Part shown: piece by piece, positions 28,403 through 40,300 of the stretch | How positions within the stretch are numbered: the first letter of the stretch is position 1 | Layout of the letters: each line of letters starts with the position of its first letter | DNA from: Candidatus Binatia bacterium | GTDB taxonomy: Bacteria > Patescibacteriota > Patescibacteriia > SG8-24 | Reading direction: 5' to 3' | Length of the DNA stretch: 64,000 bases | Assembly: GCA_035495855.1 (NCBI GenBank) | Contig: DATJFD010000076.1 | Coordinates: forward strand, 7,185-71,184 | Position numbers and translations under genes: made by a program | Notes under the pieces: model-generated | What the model saw: only the letters and a program-made list of their open reading frames with translations | Database searches by the model: none | Told to the model about the DNA's origin: nothing

Positions 28403-31108
28403 TTAACGGCGGCGTCCCCTGCGGCCGGCCATCAGCTTCTTCTCCATCGCCTCGCCCGCCTCCGCGAGCTTCCGGGCGGCCTCGGCCTGCTTCGCTTCAT
28501 TGCGGTCGGCCTGCGCGAAGACCTTGTTCCATTTCTCCGCGTCCTTCATCGCGCCCTTGTCGGCGTCGGCGCTGAGCAGCGCGCCCTTGGTCATAACCGC
28601 CTTGAGCTGATCGTTGTTGAGCATCATGCCGGGATTCGCCACCTGGATGGCCTCGAGAGCTTCCTTCGAATCGCTCATCGAACCGAGCTTCTTGGCGACA
28701 TCAAGGACCGCGGCCGCCTGATCGTTGTTCCCGCTTTCGACCATCTTGGTGATGTCCTGGAAGCTGAGGTTGTTGACCATGGAAAGCGCGACCTCGTTCA
28801 TGCCGCCGTTCTTCGTGATGGCGTCCGCGGGCACGGCGCCGGCGCCTTCGGCCTTCTTGTCCTGGATGAAGCTCTCGAACCTGCCGCGGCTCGCGCTGTC
28901 CGCGAAGTTGCCGTCGGCCTCATAGCCTTTGAACGCCTGGCCCATGCTGGCGCCGCCGGCGAGCGCGGTCGCCGCGCCCTGGGCCTCGGCGACGAGCGGC
29001 CGCAGGACGTTGGCGATGTTATCGGGCAGATGGCCGAGCGCGGTGGCGCTGATGCCCTGCGCCACTTTCTGGGCAAGGTCGGTGTTCTCGCGCAGTTTGT
29101 CGTAATCGAGCACGACCGAGACCTTGTCAGCAAGACCGGTCTTGCTGTCCGCGAGCGCGCCGCTGGCGGCCAGCGCGTCGAGCGCGGCGCCCGTCAGGTG
29201 CTCGGGGCGGACGTCGCCGCTCGCGCCGAGCGCTGCCAGCGCCTTCGGGTCCTTCATGCCAGTGATGAGATCGGCGCGCTCCTGCTCGGACAACAGCTTG
29301 AAGTTCTCCGGCCTGGCGCGAAGCCTGTCCTGGTTCTCCATGATCTCCTTTTCGGAGCCGCCCATCTTCTTGAGGGCGGTAAGCTGGTCGCCGCTCGCGG
29401 TCTCCTGCGCCTTGAGCACCGCTTTCGGGTTGGCGAAAGCCAGGAACTGTTCGCTGAGCTCCTTGGGGTCCATGTCCGCCATCCTGGCAGCGTTGAAGCC
29501 GCCGGCCGACTTCCGGAACGACTTCTCCTGCCGCTCACGCTCCTTCGCATCGGCCTCGTTGGGATCCATGATGAGGCTCGGGCGCTTGTTCTCGAAATCG
29601 CCGAGGTCCTTGAGGATGGCGGCGCCGCTGCCCGGTCTCTCCTTGTTGGCCTTGTCGGCGGTCTGCCGCAGGTCTTTGCGCCACTTGTTGAGGTCCTGGA
29701 CGTCCTTCGGATCGGTCGGCGGCTTGTTGGCGGCATCCTTCAGCATGTCGCGCTGCGCCTTCTGCTTCTGCGCCTTGCCCTGGTCGGTGATGGCGAAACT
29801 GTTGGCGACGCGCTTGGTCTGGCCGGGCGAAAGCGTCTCGGCGATGGCCGCGGCCCTGGATTCCTTCTGTTTCCTTTCCTGCGCCCTCGCGAGGCGCGCA
29901 TCGCCGGCGACGCGGCTCACGACCGGGATGCCCGCCGTGGCGAGCCGGCCGCCGGAAGCGCGGTCGACGCCGGAAATGGTCTTCTTCGCGGCCTTCTGGG
30001 CCAGGCTCAACCCCTTCTTGGCAAGTCCCGGCGCGGCGCCCGCGGACTCGGAGCTGATCTGCTTCGAGATCTGGAGGCCGCCCATGAGCAGGCAGATGGC
30101 GATGATGAAGGCCTCGATCTCGCTGCCTTCGAACGCCTGGCTGATGTCGCCGTTGACCTGTTCGGAACCCGCGCCCGTCTGCGCCGCCGGGAAGCCGTTG
30201 GAGAGGTTGTTGCTGGCGACGGAAACGAGAGACAGCCAGAGGAAGAAGGCCATCACGGGGCCGACGACCACCTGGCCGGTGAACATCTTCCACCACATGC
30301 CGTAGTAGCCGGAAGCCGAGCCGCCCGGGACCGCCTTGAGGAAGAACGCCAGCGGCGAAAGCACCACGAGCAGCCAGAGGTAGACGATGCGGATGGCGAG
30401 CGTGATGGTCATGAGGATGACGACCACGAGCGCGATGAGGGTCATGAAGAACGCCAGGATCATCGCGACCGCGATGGACCAGGCGCTGACGCCTCCCCCG
30501 CCGGCGTCGTCCGCGATGCGCGCCTGCATGAGCGAGGTGATGCGGAAGGCGTCGGCGAAGTTGCCGCCCGCCGCTTCCTTGAAGCCGTAGACGAAGGTGA
30601 GCATGACGACCTGCGCGAAGTCGATGAGCAGGCCGCAGATGGTGCGCGAAAAGTTCACGACGACCGCCATGATGAGCAGCCGCGAGAGCATCTTGTTCTT
30701 GTAGCTGTAGGCATCGACGCCGAGGATGGTGCCGAAGGCGATGACGAGCAGCACCAGGATGAAGAACATGTTCGTGACGTCGCGCACGATCGACCAGCCG
30801 TTGGCCACCGGCGCGGAGGTCACGAAGCCGTTGTACTGCGCCACCCAGATGAGCGCGGACACGACGATGAGCAGGAGCTGGCCGACCCAGCCGGTGAAGA
30901 TGTTGAAGATCCAGGCGATGCCGAGCGCGAAGATGTCGCCGATGCCGGCGTGCGCCGGCCTGGTGACGAGGAAAATGCCGCTCGCGACGATGAGCGCGAC
31001 GGCGGCCGCCATGGCGGCGTGGAGGGCGGCTTGGGACGTACGGCCGTCGATGACGGCAACGGCCGCGGCGGGACTGTGCCTGCGGCCCGAGGACGATGAG
31101 GACGGCAT
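28403..31108 (-). CDS. VirB6/TrbL-like polytopic membrane protein with long hydrophilic C-terminal domain
   Basis: Start re-picked at MPSSSSSGRRHS (ATG 31108). About 390 aa with at least 7 hydrophobic helices (IAWIFNIFTGWVGQLLLIVVSALIW, MFFILVLLVIAFGTILG, LLIMAVVVNFSRTICGLLIDFAQVVMLTFVYGF, and others), as in VirB6/TrbL/PrgH-type channel proteins. Then about 500 aa of Lys/Ala/Glu-rich hydrophilic sequence. The family call rests on architecture and context. Confidence 0.6.
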   Translation of the reverse strand: MPSSSSSGRRHSPAAAVAVIDGRTSQAALHAAMAAAVALIVASGIFLVTRPAHAGIGDIFALGIAWIFNIFTGWVGQLLLIVVSALIWVAQYNGFVTSAPVANGWSIVRDVTNMFFILVLLVIAFGTILGVDAYSYKNKMLSRLLIMAVVVNFSRTICGLLIDFAQVVMLTFVYGFKEAAGGNFADAFRITSLMQARIADDAGGGGVSAWSIAVAMILAFFMTLIALVVVILMTITLAIRIVYLWLLVVLSPLAFFLKAVPGGSASGYYGMWWKMFTGQVVVGPVMAFFLWLSLVSVASNNLSNGFPAAQTGAGSEQVNGDISQAFEGSEIEAFIIAICLLMGGLQISKQISSESAGAAPGLAKKGLSLAQKAAKKTISGVDRASGGRLATAGIPVVSRVAGDARLARAQERKQKESRAAAIAETLSPGQTKRVANSFAITDQGKAQKQKAQRDMLKDAANKPPTDPKDVQDLNKWRKDLRQTADKANKERPGSGAAILKDLGDFENKRPSLIMDPNEADAKERERQEKSFRKSAGGFNAARMADMDPKELSEQFLAFANPKAVLKAQETASGDQLTALKKMGGSEKEIMENQDRLRARPENFKLLSEQERADLITGMKDPKALAALGASGDVRPEHLTGAALDALAASGALADSKTGLADKVSVVLDYDKLRENTDLAQKVAQGISATALGHLPDNIANVLRPLVAEAQGAATALAGGASMGQAFKGYEADGNFADSASRGRFESFIQDKKAEGAGAVPADAITKNGGMNEVALSMVNNLSFQDITKMVESGNNDQAAAVLDVAKKLGSMSDSKEALEAIQVANPGMMLNNDQLKAVMTKGALLSADADKGAMKDAEKWNKVFAQADRNEAKQAEAARKLAEAGEAMEKKLMAGRRGRRR

Positions 31109-31302
31109 GTGCTCGGTCACGACATGGCGGAGTTCTTTTTTGGCAGGGTGTGTACAACTCCCTGCTGACTCCGTCTTCCGCCTTATGATACCACGAACGG
31201 CGCTGCCGACGAAGCGGCGGGGATAAGCCCGCGCGACCCATGAAAAATACCGCCTCTCCCTGGCTGGGAAAGGCGGTATTTTCGCTAGATCAAGCGGATT
31301 TT

Positions 31303-34300
31303 TTACGATCTCACCTTGACCGCCGCGCCCTCGGTCCAGGGCTGGAGCTTGCTCGGACCCTGGCGGATGTCGTAATGGGTGTCCTTGAGGTTCCAGCACT
31401 CGTTCCTATTGCCCGTGAACCCGTTCACGGTGCAGGTCGACCCGGCGCACGTGAGCGACGGCGTCGATGCGGCCGGCGTCAGGTTGATCGGGTCGCTCGC
31501 GCTGGTGATGCCGAGGCTGTTGAAGCAGAAGTCACCGCTCTCGCCCGACGCGCCGCCCGGACAGCTGCCGTTGCACATGCCCCAGTTGTCGAGGACCTGG
31601 ACGCGCGGTTTGAAGACGCAGTCGTCGCCGTCGCGGCAAGGGTACGGATGGCCGGGGTCCGTGCAGGCCGGCAGCGTGGCCAGCTTCTGCGGGTTGCACG
31701 TGTAGGTATGGCGGTCCGAGAAGTAGCGCGATTCGCAGGACTGCGGCGTCAGGCCGAACGGTACTGCCGTCTCGCCGCCGGGGATCGTGTTGCACTGCTG
31801 GTCCTCGGGCCCGCAGCCGGCCGGAGCGTTGTCCGTGCCGGTCGCCGGGCAGCCGCGGTGGTTCTTGTAGAAGCCGGGCGTCTCCAGGATGGACGTGCCA
31901 TCGCCGAAGTCGACGATGCGGCGCCTGATCGGCATGTGCTCGCGGTCCGCGAAGGCGTAGTACTTGATCGACGCGGTGACCCTGCCCTGGTAGTCCGTGC
32001 AGCCGCCGCAGTTCGGCAGGTCCACGGTGATGCCCTCGGCGCCCTCCTGACAGAGGCCGTCGGCCGCCTGCGAGCAGTTCCCCGTGGCGACGGTCAGGAT
32101 CTTCGGCGCGTTGCCGACGTTCATGTAGAGCAGGCGCTTGTCGTAGCCGGCGCCGTCGAGGTGATAGACCGGCGCGGTGAGCGAGAGGCCGGTCGGGCTC
32201 GTCGGATCGTAATTGAAGTGGACGAAGCTCTTCACGAACATCCTGCTGAGGAGCGTATAGCCGTCATCGCGCGTCTTGCCGGACATGCCGGCCATGTCGC
32301 ACTGGCCGAGGCAGGCGTAGGGATAACCCGCGGCCGTCCTTTGTGCGTTCGCGTTATACGTTCCCGAATCAGGGTCCTGCGGATGGGCGACGTCGGGCAG
32401 ATGCGGGTCCGCGGCGACGTGCGACCAGCAGTCAGAACCTTCTCCCATCGGAGGATCGTACGGCGAGTTCACGCCGGTCGCGGTCGGATAGCCGCAGAAC
32501 GTCCAGAGCTGCAACCCCTCGCGCCGGAGGACGGTGAACGGACTGCCGCCTTCGGACTTGAACACGGGGAGAGGCCAGCGCACGTCCAGGGTCGTCTGTC
32601 CGTTGTAATTCACCGCGCCGAGGGACGGCGTGACGGGACCGAAGGGCTTGAGGTCGGCGGGATTTGCGTTCGGCCTCGTCGTGTGGTGGTTGTATTCGAA
32701 CGCGGCGGGGAGGCCGACGGCGCCGGCGTTGCCGTTCTGCGCCTTCCACAGGCGATCGGTCCAGGCGATGTTCTGCACCGGATTCGAGGCGTTGTGCGTC
32801 TGCACGACGTCCGTGCAGGCCTCGCGGAGCATGGCGTAGGAGCTCGCGGAGATGTGGTGGCTGAACGTCGATTCGTTATGGCAGAGCACGGTCCTGATCT
32901 TGTCGAGATTGTGGTTCGAGTCGAACACCGCCTCGACGCCGATGCAGTTGTGCATGCCGTCGTCGCCGCCGCGGTCCTCGATGCTCTCGCATTCGTCCTC
33001 GTTGTCGACGCCGCCGCTGAGAATGTGCGCGCACGGGCTGGTGCTGTCGCCATAGTCGCCGATGGCCATGTCCCCTACGCGCTGGTTCCTGCCCGGACCG
33101 GCGGCCGTGCCGAGGCTGCTGTTGTCGTCGAACTCGAAGGTGGACTTCCAATGGCCCGGGTAGAGGTACAGGCGGCCATTGACGCCGCCGTTGGATTCGT
33201 CGGGGAACTGGATCCTGACGGCGACGAGATCGTTCTCCTTGATCCCCTGTCCTCGCATCGTGCAATCCTCCATGACCGTCGCGTCCTGCCAGCTGGTGTC
33301 GAAGTACGAGCCGGCAAGCGTGCAATCGTTGCCGCCCGGCAGCGCCCTGCTGTGGCAGGTCGCGAGGCCGTCGCACCAGCCTGCGATGCCCGAGTAGCAG
33401 AGACCCGCGCCGGCAGCCGCGCCCGCGAACCCTCCGAAGATGCCGCCGAGGATGATGGCCGCGGTGCAATTGTCGTCCGCCGCCTTGAAGGCCGCGCGGT
33501 CGCAAGCGCCGTAGTTGGCGGGCACCTGCGTCTTGTTGTTGAAGTCCGTGTTCCAGGAGCCGTCGCCGGTCATGGTCGCGTTCGGCTGTGCCGGCGGGTT
33601 GTCGGCGTTCGTGAACGCGACGCCGTCGTCGGTCGCGACCTTGTCGACGCACTTCCCGCCGACCACCGCGCACGCGTCGGTGTTCGAAGTGCTCATGTCG
33701 CTGAAGCCGGCGCTGGAGTTGTTCTTGAGCCCCGTGCAGGTGGCCAGGCTCCTGCCGGCGCACTGGTTGTCCGTGACGCAGATGGAATACGGCTGCGACT
33801 TGCCGCCCGATTCCAGATGCAGCGGGAATTCGTAGGTGCCGCTGTGCTTGGCGCCTTCAGCCGCGGCGCAGTAGAGCAGCGACTGCTGGTCGGTGGTGAA
33901 GCCGGCCTCGACGAACTGGTTGAAGTTGTCGGGCGAGCCCGCGAGCTGGTCGACCGGCAGCCAGACGTTGCAATTGAACTGGTCCGGCCTGCCGTTCACG
34001 AGGATCGACTTGTCGGGGTCCATGCAGAAGCCGGACCAGCCGTTCACGTGCGTGAGCTTGGTGAGCTTCTGGCAGGTGCCCGCGTCGGTGGCGTCGTCGG
34101 GGTTCGTGCAGTCCTTGTTCGGCTTGTTCTCGGGATGGCCGATGGCGCGGCAGGGCTTGCCGTCGAGCGAGCCGCCCTGGCAGACGCCGACGTTCGGGTC
34201 GATGTCCGTGTTGGTGGTCCAGGGCTTGATCATCTGGCCGCTCTCCAGGCCGTAGAAGTGGGAGACGCCGGTCTTGCCGTAATCGTAGCGCTGGTAGTTG

Positions 34301-37300
34301 CATTCGCAGTCGTTGTTGAGCGAGCAGACGTTCGATCCGCTGAACTGGGCCTTCTTGTTCAGCGCCTGGCCGTTCGTGCAGTCGAACCCGCGGCAGTTCC
34401 CCGTCCTCTCAAGGACGGATTCCGCGTAAGGAGAGTCTTCCTCCGGATAGGCGCGGCACTGCGCCTGGTTGATGGCATCGGCCGGGTTCAGTATGCCGCC
34501 GCCGTACGGGTAGAAGCACTTGTGCTCGAGGCAGGTGCCGTTGGCGGCCTGGCCGGTCTTGGAACACTGGTTCGTGGCGATGCACTTGGCGATGCGGTTG
34601 GTGGCCGTGCGGCAATTATCGTCGTTGCCGACCGTGCAGGTCCCGCCGCCGCCAGGAGGCGTGCTGGGGCTCTCGTCGCCCGTGCAATCGGTGTCGTCCT
34701 TGCAGACGTAGCCGGGGTCGAGCAGGATGGCGTACCGCGTGGTGGCGAAGAAGCTCTTGGCGCAATAACCGACGCCGCAATCGGAGTTCGCGTCGCACGA
34801 CGTGCCGAGACGGTCGCCGAGGCAGACGCCGGTGTACATCTTGCAATAGTCGGTCGGGGCTCCGCCGCCGGTGGTGCACTTGAGGCTGTCCACGCACTCG
34901 CCGCGCGCGGTCGCCGTGCCGCCCGTGTTCACGCAGCGTCCCTTGACGATGCTGAACGGCGAGAGGTACTGGGCCGGGTAGCGGCCCGGGATCGAGTAAC
35001 CCGAGTACTCGAGGCCCGAGAAGGTCACGTCGCGGGCGGTGTAGTCCCTGTCCGTCAGCACCGTCTTCGGCGGATCGAAGGTATGCGCGCACTCGAAGGC
35101 GCTGGCCGTCTGGCCGCGGATCTCGTCGCAGAGGCTGAAGGCCGAGCAGACCGGCTTGATCTTGTTCTGCTGCTCGTCATAGACCGTGTCGTAGCTCGTG
35201 CAGGTGTACCACTGCGCGCACTCGCGGTCCGGCCGCACCTTGATGATGACGTTCGCGTCGTTCTTGGTGATGCCGGCCTCGGACTTGAGGATGTGGATGT
35301 TCTGCGTGGCCGGGTTCGGCGTGCAGGTCTCGCCGCCGGGGCAGTCACCGTTCACGTCGCAGAACTTCGAGGTCGTGATGGAACAATGCGACACGCCGGC
35401 GCACTGCTCGCCGATGGCCTTGTTGCAATCCTTGTTGGGATTGGCCGTGTCCGACGTGGAACAGCCGTTGCCGTAGCGCTTGCGGCCGGTGCAATAGTTG
35501 GTCGCTCCCGGGCAGCCGAGCTCGGGGTCCTCGGTGTCCTGCTTGCAGAACTTCTCGGGCGTGGCTGAACAGACGCCTTCGGGGATGCTGAAGCAGCGCT
35601 GTTCGCAATACGGGCTGCGCGGATCGCTGTCGCAGTTGACCGGCGGCACGAAGCCGCTCGAGGCCTCGGTCACGCTGCGCAGATAGGACGAAGCGGCGGA
35701 GTAGAGGTTCTGGGTCTTGCTGGTCTGCTTGAAGAGCACGCAGCCCTGCTTGAGGCTCGCTTTGCCGGAGCAGGTCTTGAGGTCCAGCTTCGTGTTCACG
35801 ATGTAGTAGTACGGTTCCCCGGCGGGATGCGCGTTGCTGGTCGAGACCGGATCGACGAACTCCTCGCAGCGGTCGTACTTGGCCTCGCAGACGCCGACCC
35901 AGCCCTGGTAGCCGCAAGTCGTGTTGTCCTTGTACACCTTGCAGGCCGGCACCGGATCGGGCGCGACGAAGCACTGGCAGCCGTCGGCCTTGCAGCGTCC
36001 GGCGTCGATGATCTTGCAGGAGGACGAGCCGTTCGGAATGACGCAGGTCGAGCCGTTGCTGGTGCAGCCGCAACCGGCCGGGTTGGAGCAGAACGAGCCG
36101 GAGCAGGTCGTGGTGATGTTCGGCAGCGTGCAGACGCGGTCCGCGTTCTTGTACAGCGCGTAGTAGTCGCCCGACTGGAGCAGTTCCGGATAGCACGGGA
36201 AGAGCGCGCCGGTCGAGCTGCGGCGGAAGAAGCCGGAGACCGTCTGGCCGTTCACGATGGCGTTGTCCTTATACTCGCAGACCTTGTCGACGGGGTCCCT
36301 GAAGTAGTACGTGCCGTCGGAAGCGGTGTACTCCTCGCAGTTCAGCGTCTTCGACGTGCAGAGCGTCTGCTCGTACTTGGACGGGTCGTCCTTGATGGCG
36401 ATGGCGTTCCATTTGTCGATCACGCCGAGTTCGAACGAGACCTTGCAGCCTTTCTCGCCGTTCGCAACGGGGCAGGTGCCGCCATTGACCGGGCCGCAGA
36501 CGCAGCCGGTGGCGCTGTTGCAGACGCCGTTGACGACCGTGCCCGAAACGGTGAACCCGGGACCGAGATCGCACTGGCCTTCGAAGCCGTAGTGCGGAAG
36601 GCCCATGGCGCGGCAGCCGACCTGGTCGGCGGTGCACTGACCCGCCGAGTTGTCGACGAGGTACACACGGCGGTCAGCCTCGATATTGGCGCGGTCGGGA
36701 TTCTCGTCGGGGCGGGTCGAATCGTCCCAGGCGTCATACTTGAAGCGGCAATCGGTCTCGCCGACCGCGACGCGGCAGACGTCGGCCAGCATCTGGGGAG
36801 CCGTGGACATCGCGGCGGGATGGCGGACGTCGTAGTTGCAGACGCAGGCGGTGCCGGCATCGGCCGCGACGGGGATGTCGCAGGTCGTGCCGTTGTTCGG
36901 GATGAGGCAGGAGCCCTCCGGCTTGGTGCAGGAGCAACCGCCGCCCACGGTGCAGTGGTCCCCCGGGCCCGTGTAATTACAGGCGACGGACCCGCACTTG
37001 CGCGGCGTGACGCCGTCCGTCTCGTACAGGCGGCAGACCGCGTTGAAAGACTCCTCGAAGGGGTTCTGCGGCGTGTTCTGCTGGGCCGAGAAGGCGCGGC
37101 AGCCGACGGCCTTATCGCGGCACAGATTGGTGAACGACCGCAGATAGGCTTTCTCGTTCTTGCTGGTGGTGTATTCCCTGCAGCCGAGCATCTCCTGGGG
37201 CGAAGCGATGCCGTCCGCGGTCTGATCGCAGGAGGCCGGCGTCGTCCACGAATCGCGGACCACATAGACGCTGTCCTGGACCGCCTTGAGATCGACGTTG

Positions 37301-40300
37301 TCGACGAAGACATCGGACGTGCCGACGGCCTCGAAGTTGAGCTTCACCGAGGTCTGGCCCCACGGGGTCTGGCCGGGCGTGGGATTGCAGGCCGCCCCGC
37401 CGCCGCACTCGAGGTTCGTGGCGCAGGCCCTGGTGGCGTCATTGCTGCACCGTCCGGATTCGATGATGACCGGACCGAGCGTGTACTGCTTCCATTCCGA
37501 CGAGAGGGTGATCTTCGGAGCGGTGGTGCGCGGCGGCACGGAAGCTTCGTCGTCGTCGGCGAAGTTCGAGCTTCGCGGCGGAGCGGACGTGGCGGTCGTG
37601 AACGAGCAGGTGCCGTCGGGGCAGTTCGAACCGGTCGTGCAGGCCAGGCCGTTGTTGGCGCCGCCCTTGCAGGTGCCCGGCGAGACGCCCGGCACGCCTG
37701 AGGCGGCCGAAATGGTGCAGGAGGTCGCGACGCCGTTGTTCGGGACCATGCAGGTCAGGCCGGTGCTCGTCGAGCAGGGGCAGCCTTCGGTCGAGGCCAC
37801 GGGGCAAGCCGTATCGATGTTGCAGGTGATCGTCGCGCCGCCGTCGCGGAAGCCGACGTTCAGCGAGCCGGTGCCGCGCGCCCAGAAGGTGAGGATATAG
37901 GCGCTTCTCGGCTGGACCAGGCCGCCGATCTCGCGGCGCGCCAGACGCGTGCCGCCCGTGCCGATCTTCATGGAATGCCCGCCGACGGTGACGGATTCGC
38001 CGGACTGGGTGAGGACCCCGAGGGTCACGTCGCCGCTGCCCTTCCAATTGCCCGGCCAATCCTCGAAATCGTCATGGAGCAGCGACTGGACGTTGGTGGA
38101 AGCGTTGCCTTTGTACGCGCGGCAGCCGTTCTGTTCCTTCGGGCATACGTTGCTCGCGCCGGCGTCGGCGAAGTAGACGCACTGACCCTTCGCGGAATCC
38201 CAGCGGCCGTTGGATTTCTCGCAGTCCGCCTGCGTCGAGGTGGTGATGCGGTACTGAACGCAGGACGAGGACGCGATGATGGTCTTCGACAGCTGGCGGT
38301 AATGGCGGTTGCCGAGCGCATCGTAGAACTCGCGGCAATCGAAGTCGCCTCCGTCGATGGCCGAGCGGTTGCAGTAGCCCGCCGTATCGGAAGAGCCGTT
38401 GCCGATGGCCTGGCTCGCGCAGGCGGTCGCCTGGGCGTTCAGCCTGGTGCACGGCGCGGGACCCGCGTTCGCGCAGCCGGCATCCGCGCAGATGTCGTTC
38501 GCAAGGCCGGCGGTGATGTCGGCGGGCGAGCCGTTCACGACCGGAGCGGCCGTCGTGTTGGTGGTGTCGGTGGTGTTCTTGAGGTTCCAGACGAGCAGCT
38601 GGTAGCCGGTCGTGTCGGAGCCCTCCCAGCTATAGTAGACGCCCTTGGTCGCGTCATCAGGCTTGATGCAAAGACGGAGATGCGAGTAATACTCGACCTT
38701 CTCGGTCTCGAGGTTGGTGAACTCCGAGCATCCGACCTCGTTCTCCGTGCAGGAGGTCGCGGTCGTCGGGATGAAATAGACCGGGAACTTCACGGTGTCG
38801 AAGTCGGACTCTTCCTGTTTGAAGACGTCATACCCGGCGCATTCCTGCGGGCAGCGGTCCTGCGGGCCGGCGATGCCGGGAACCGTGGCGTCGCCGTTCG
38901 TGGGCGTGTAGGCGTCGCAGCCGACCTCGTTCTCGCGGCACACGCCGGCGAACGCGTTGCATTCCGGCCGGTCGCCCTCATCGCCGGTGCAGCCCAGGAA
39001 ATCCGGCGGGACCTTGATGGACGCGGTTTCGCTCGTGTTCGCGCCTCCGTAGGCGGAATGGTAGGAGGATCCGCCGCCTTCCTCGAACTGGACCGCGTCG
39101 GCGTAGACGGTGCCGCTCGTGGTGTAGAGCCAGAGGGTCGCGTGCGAAACGTCCTTGTTGTCGATGACGAACGTGCAGGAAGCGCGCAGGCCCTTCTCGG
39201 TCGCGGCCTTGGTGCCGGACGCGCGCATGTTGATCTCGCCGGAGGCCGCGCCGCCGGAAGTGCCGTCGACGGTGGCGGCGCAGTTCACCGTGGGCGTGGT
39301 CCCTTCCGCCTCGCCCGAGTAGCCGGTCGTGGTGACGACGTCGTCCTGCGCGAGCGTGACGGTCGCGCCGTTCGCGTCCCGGAAGGTCAGGCCGATGCCG
39401 CCGCTGACGTCGTTGCCCGAGTCAGGGATGAAGGTGGCGGAAACGGTGTAGGTGGTCTTCCTTCTCACGGGCAGGCCCTGCTGCGCCACGTTCTCCGTGA
39501 CCGAGCACTTCTGCTGTCCCTTGATGACCTTGCAGGTGTCGTTCAGGACGTTGCCGGCCGTGCCGTACGTGCAGGGGCAGCCGAGATCGGCGATGCAGGT
39601 GCCGGCATTGATGGTGGCGTTCGTGACGAGCGGCAGCGTGCAGGCCGCGACGGTGCCCAGCGTGCCCGGCGGATTGAAACCCGTCGCCAGGACCGGAAGG
39701 CGCATGGCGTTCGCGCCATCCACGGCCTTGCTCCCGTCCTTGCTCAGGAAACCCTTGTTGGCGGACGGAACCTCGCCGAACGGGGTCCAGCTGGTCGCGT
39801 GATCGGGCGTGCCGTCGTTGTCCCCGTCCTCGACGTCCTCGAAGCTCGGGTTGCGGACGAGGTTGAGGGCGTCGCCCGCGTCCAGCCGCACGAGCGAGGA
39901 ACAGCCGTTGCTCGTGGCGCTGCAGGTCTGGGCGTTCTTGTTGAAGAATCGCGACGGGTCGATCTGCCAGTCATCGCCCTCGGCCTTGGCGCCGGTGAGC
40001 GACGAGCAGGAGCGCTGGCCCTTCTCGACCTCGCAGGTCAGGCCGGCGGTGCAGGAGCAGGAAGCGGTGTTGCACGGGTAGGGCTGGCGGCAGACGGCGC
40101 CGTTGGGCGCGGTGCACGACGTGTTGTTCTTCGTGATGGTGCAGGATCCCGTGTTGAACGCCGTGCCCGAGTTCGGCGGGACCGTGCAGGTGCAGGACTT
40201 GATCGGGTCCGAAGCGTCGACGGGATGCGTACAGACCGACGAAAGACTGCAGGTCACGGTGCTCAAATTGAGCGCGTACTGGCGGCAGCCGGCGTTGTCG

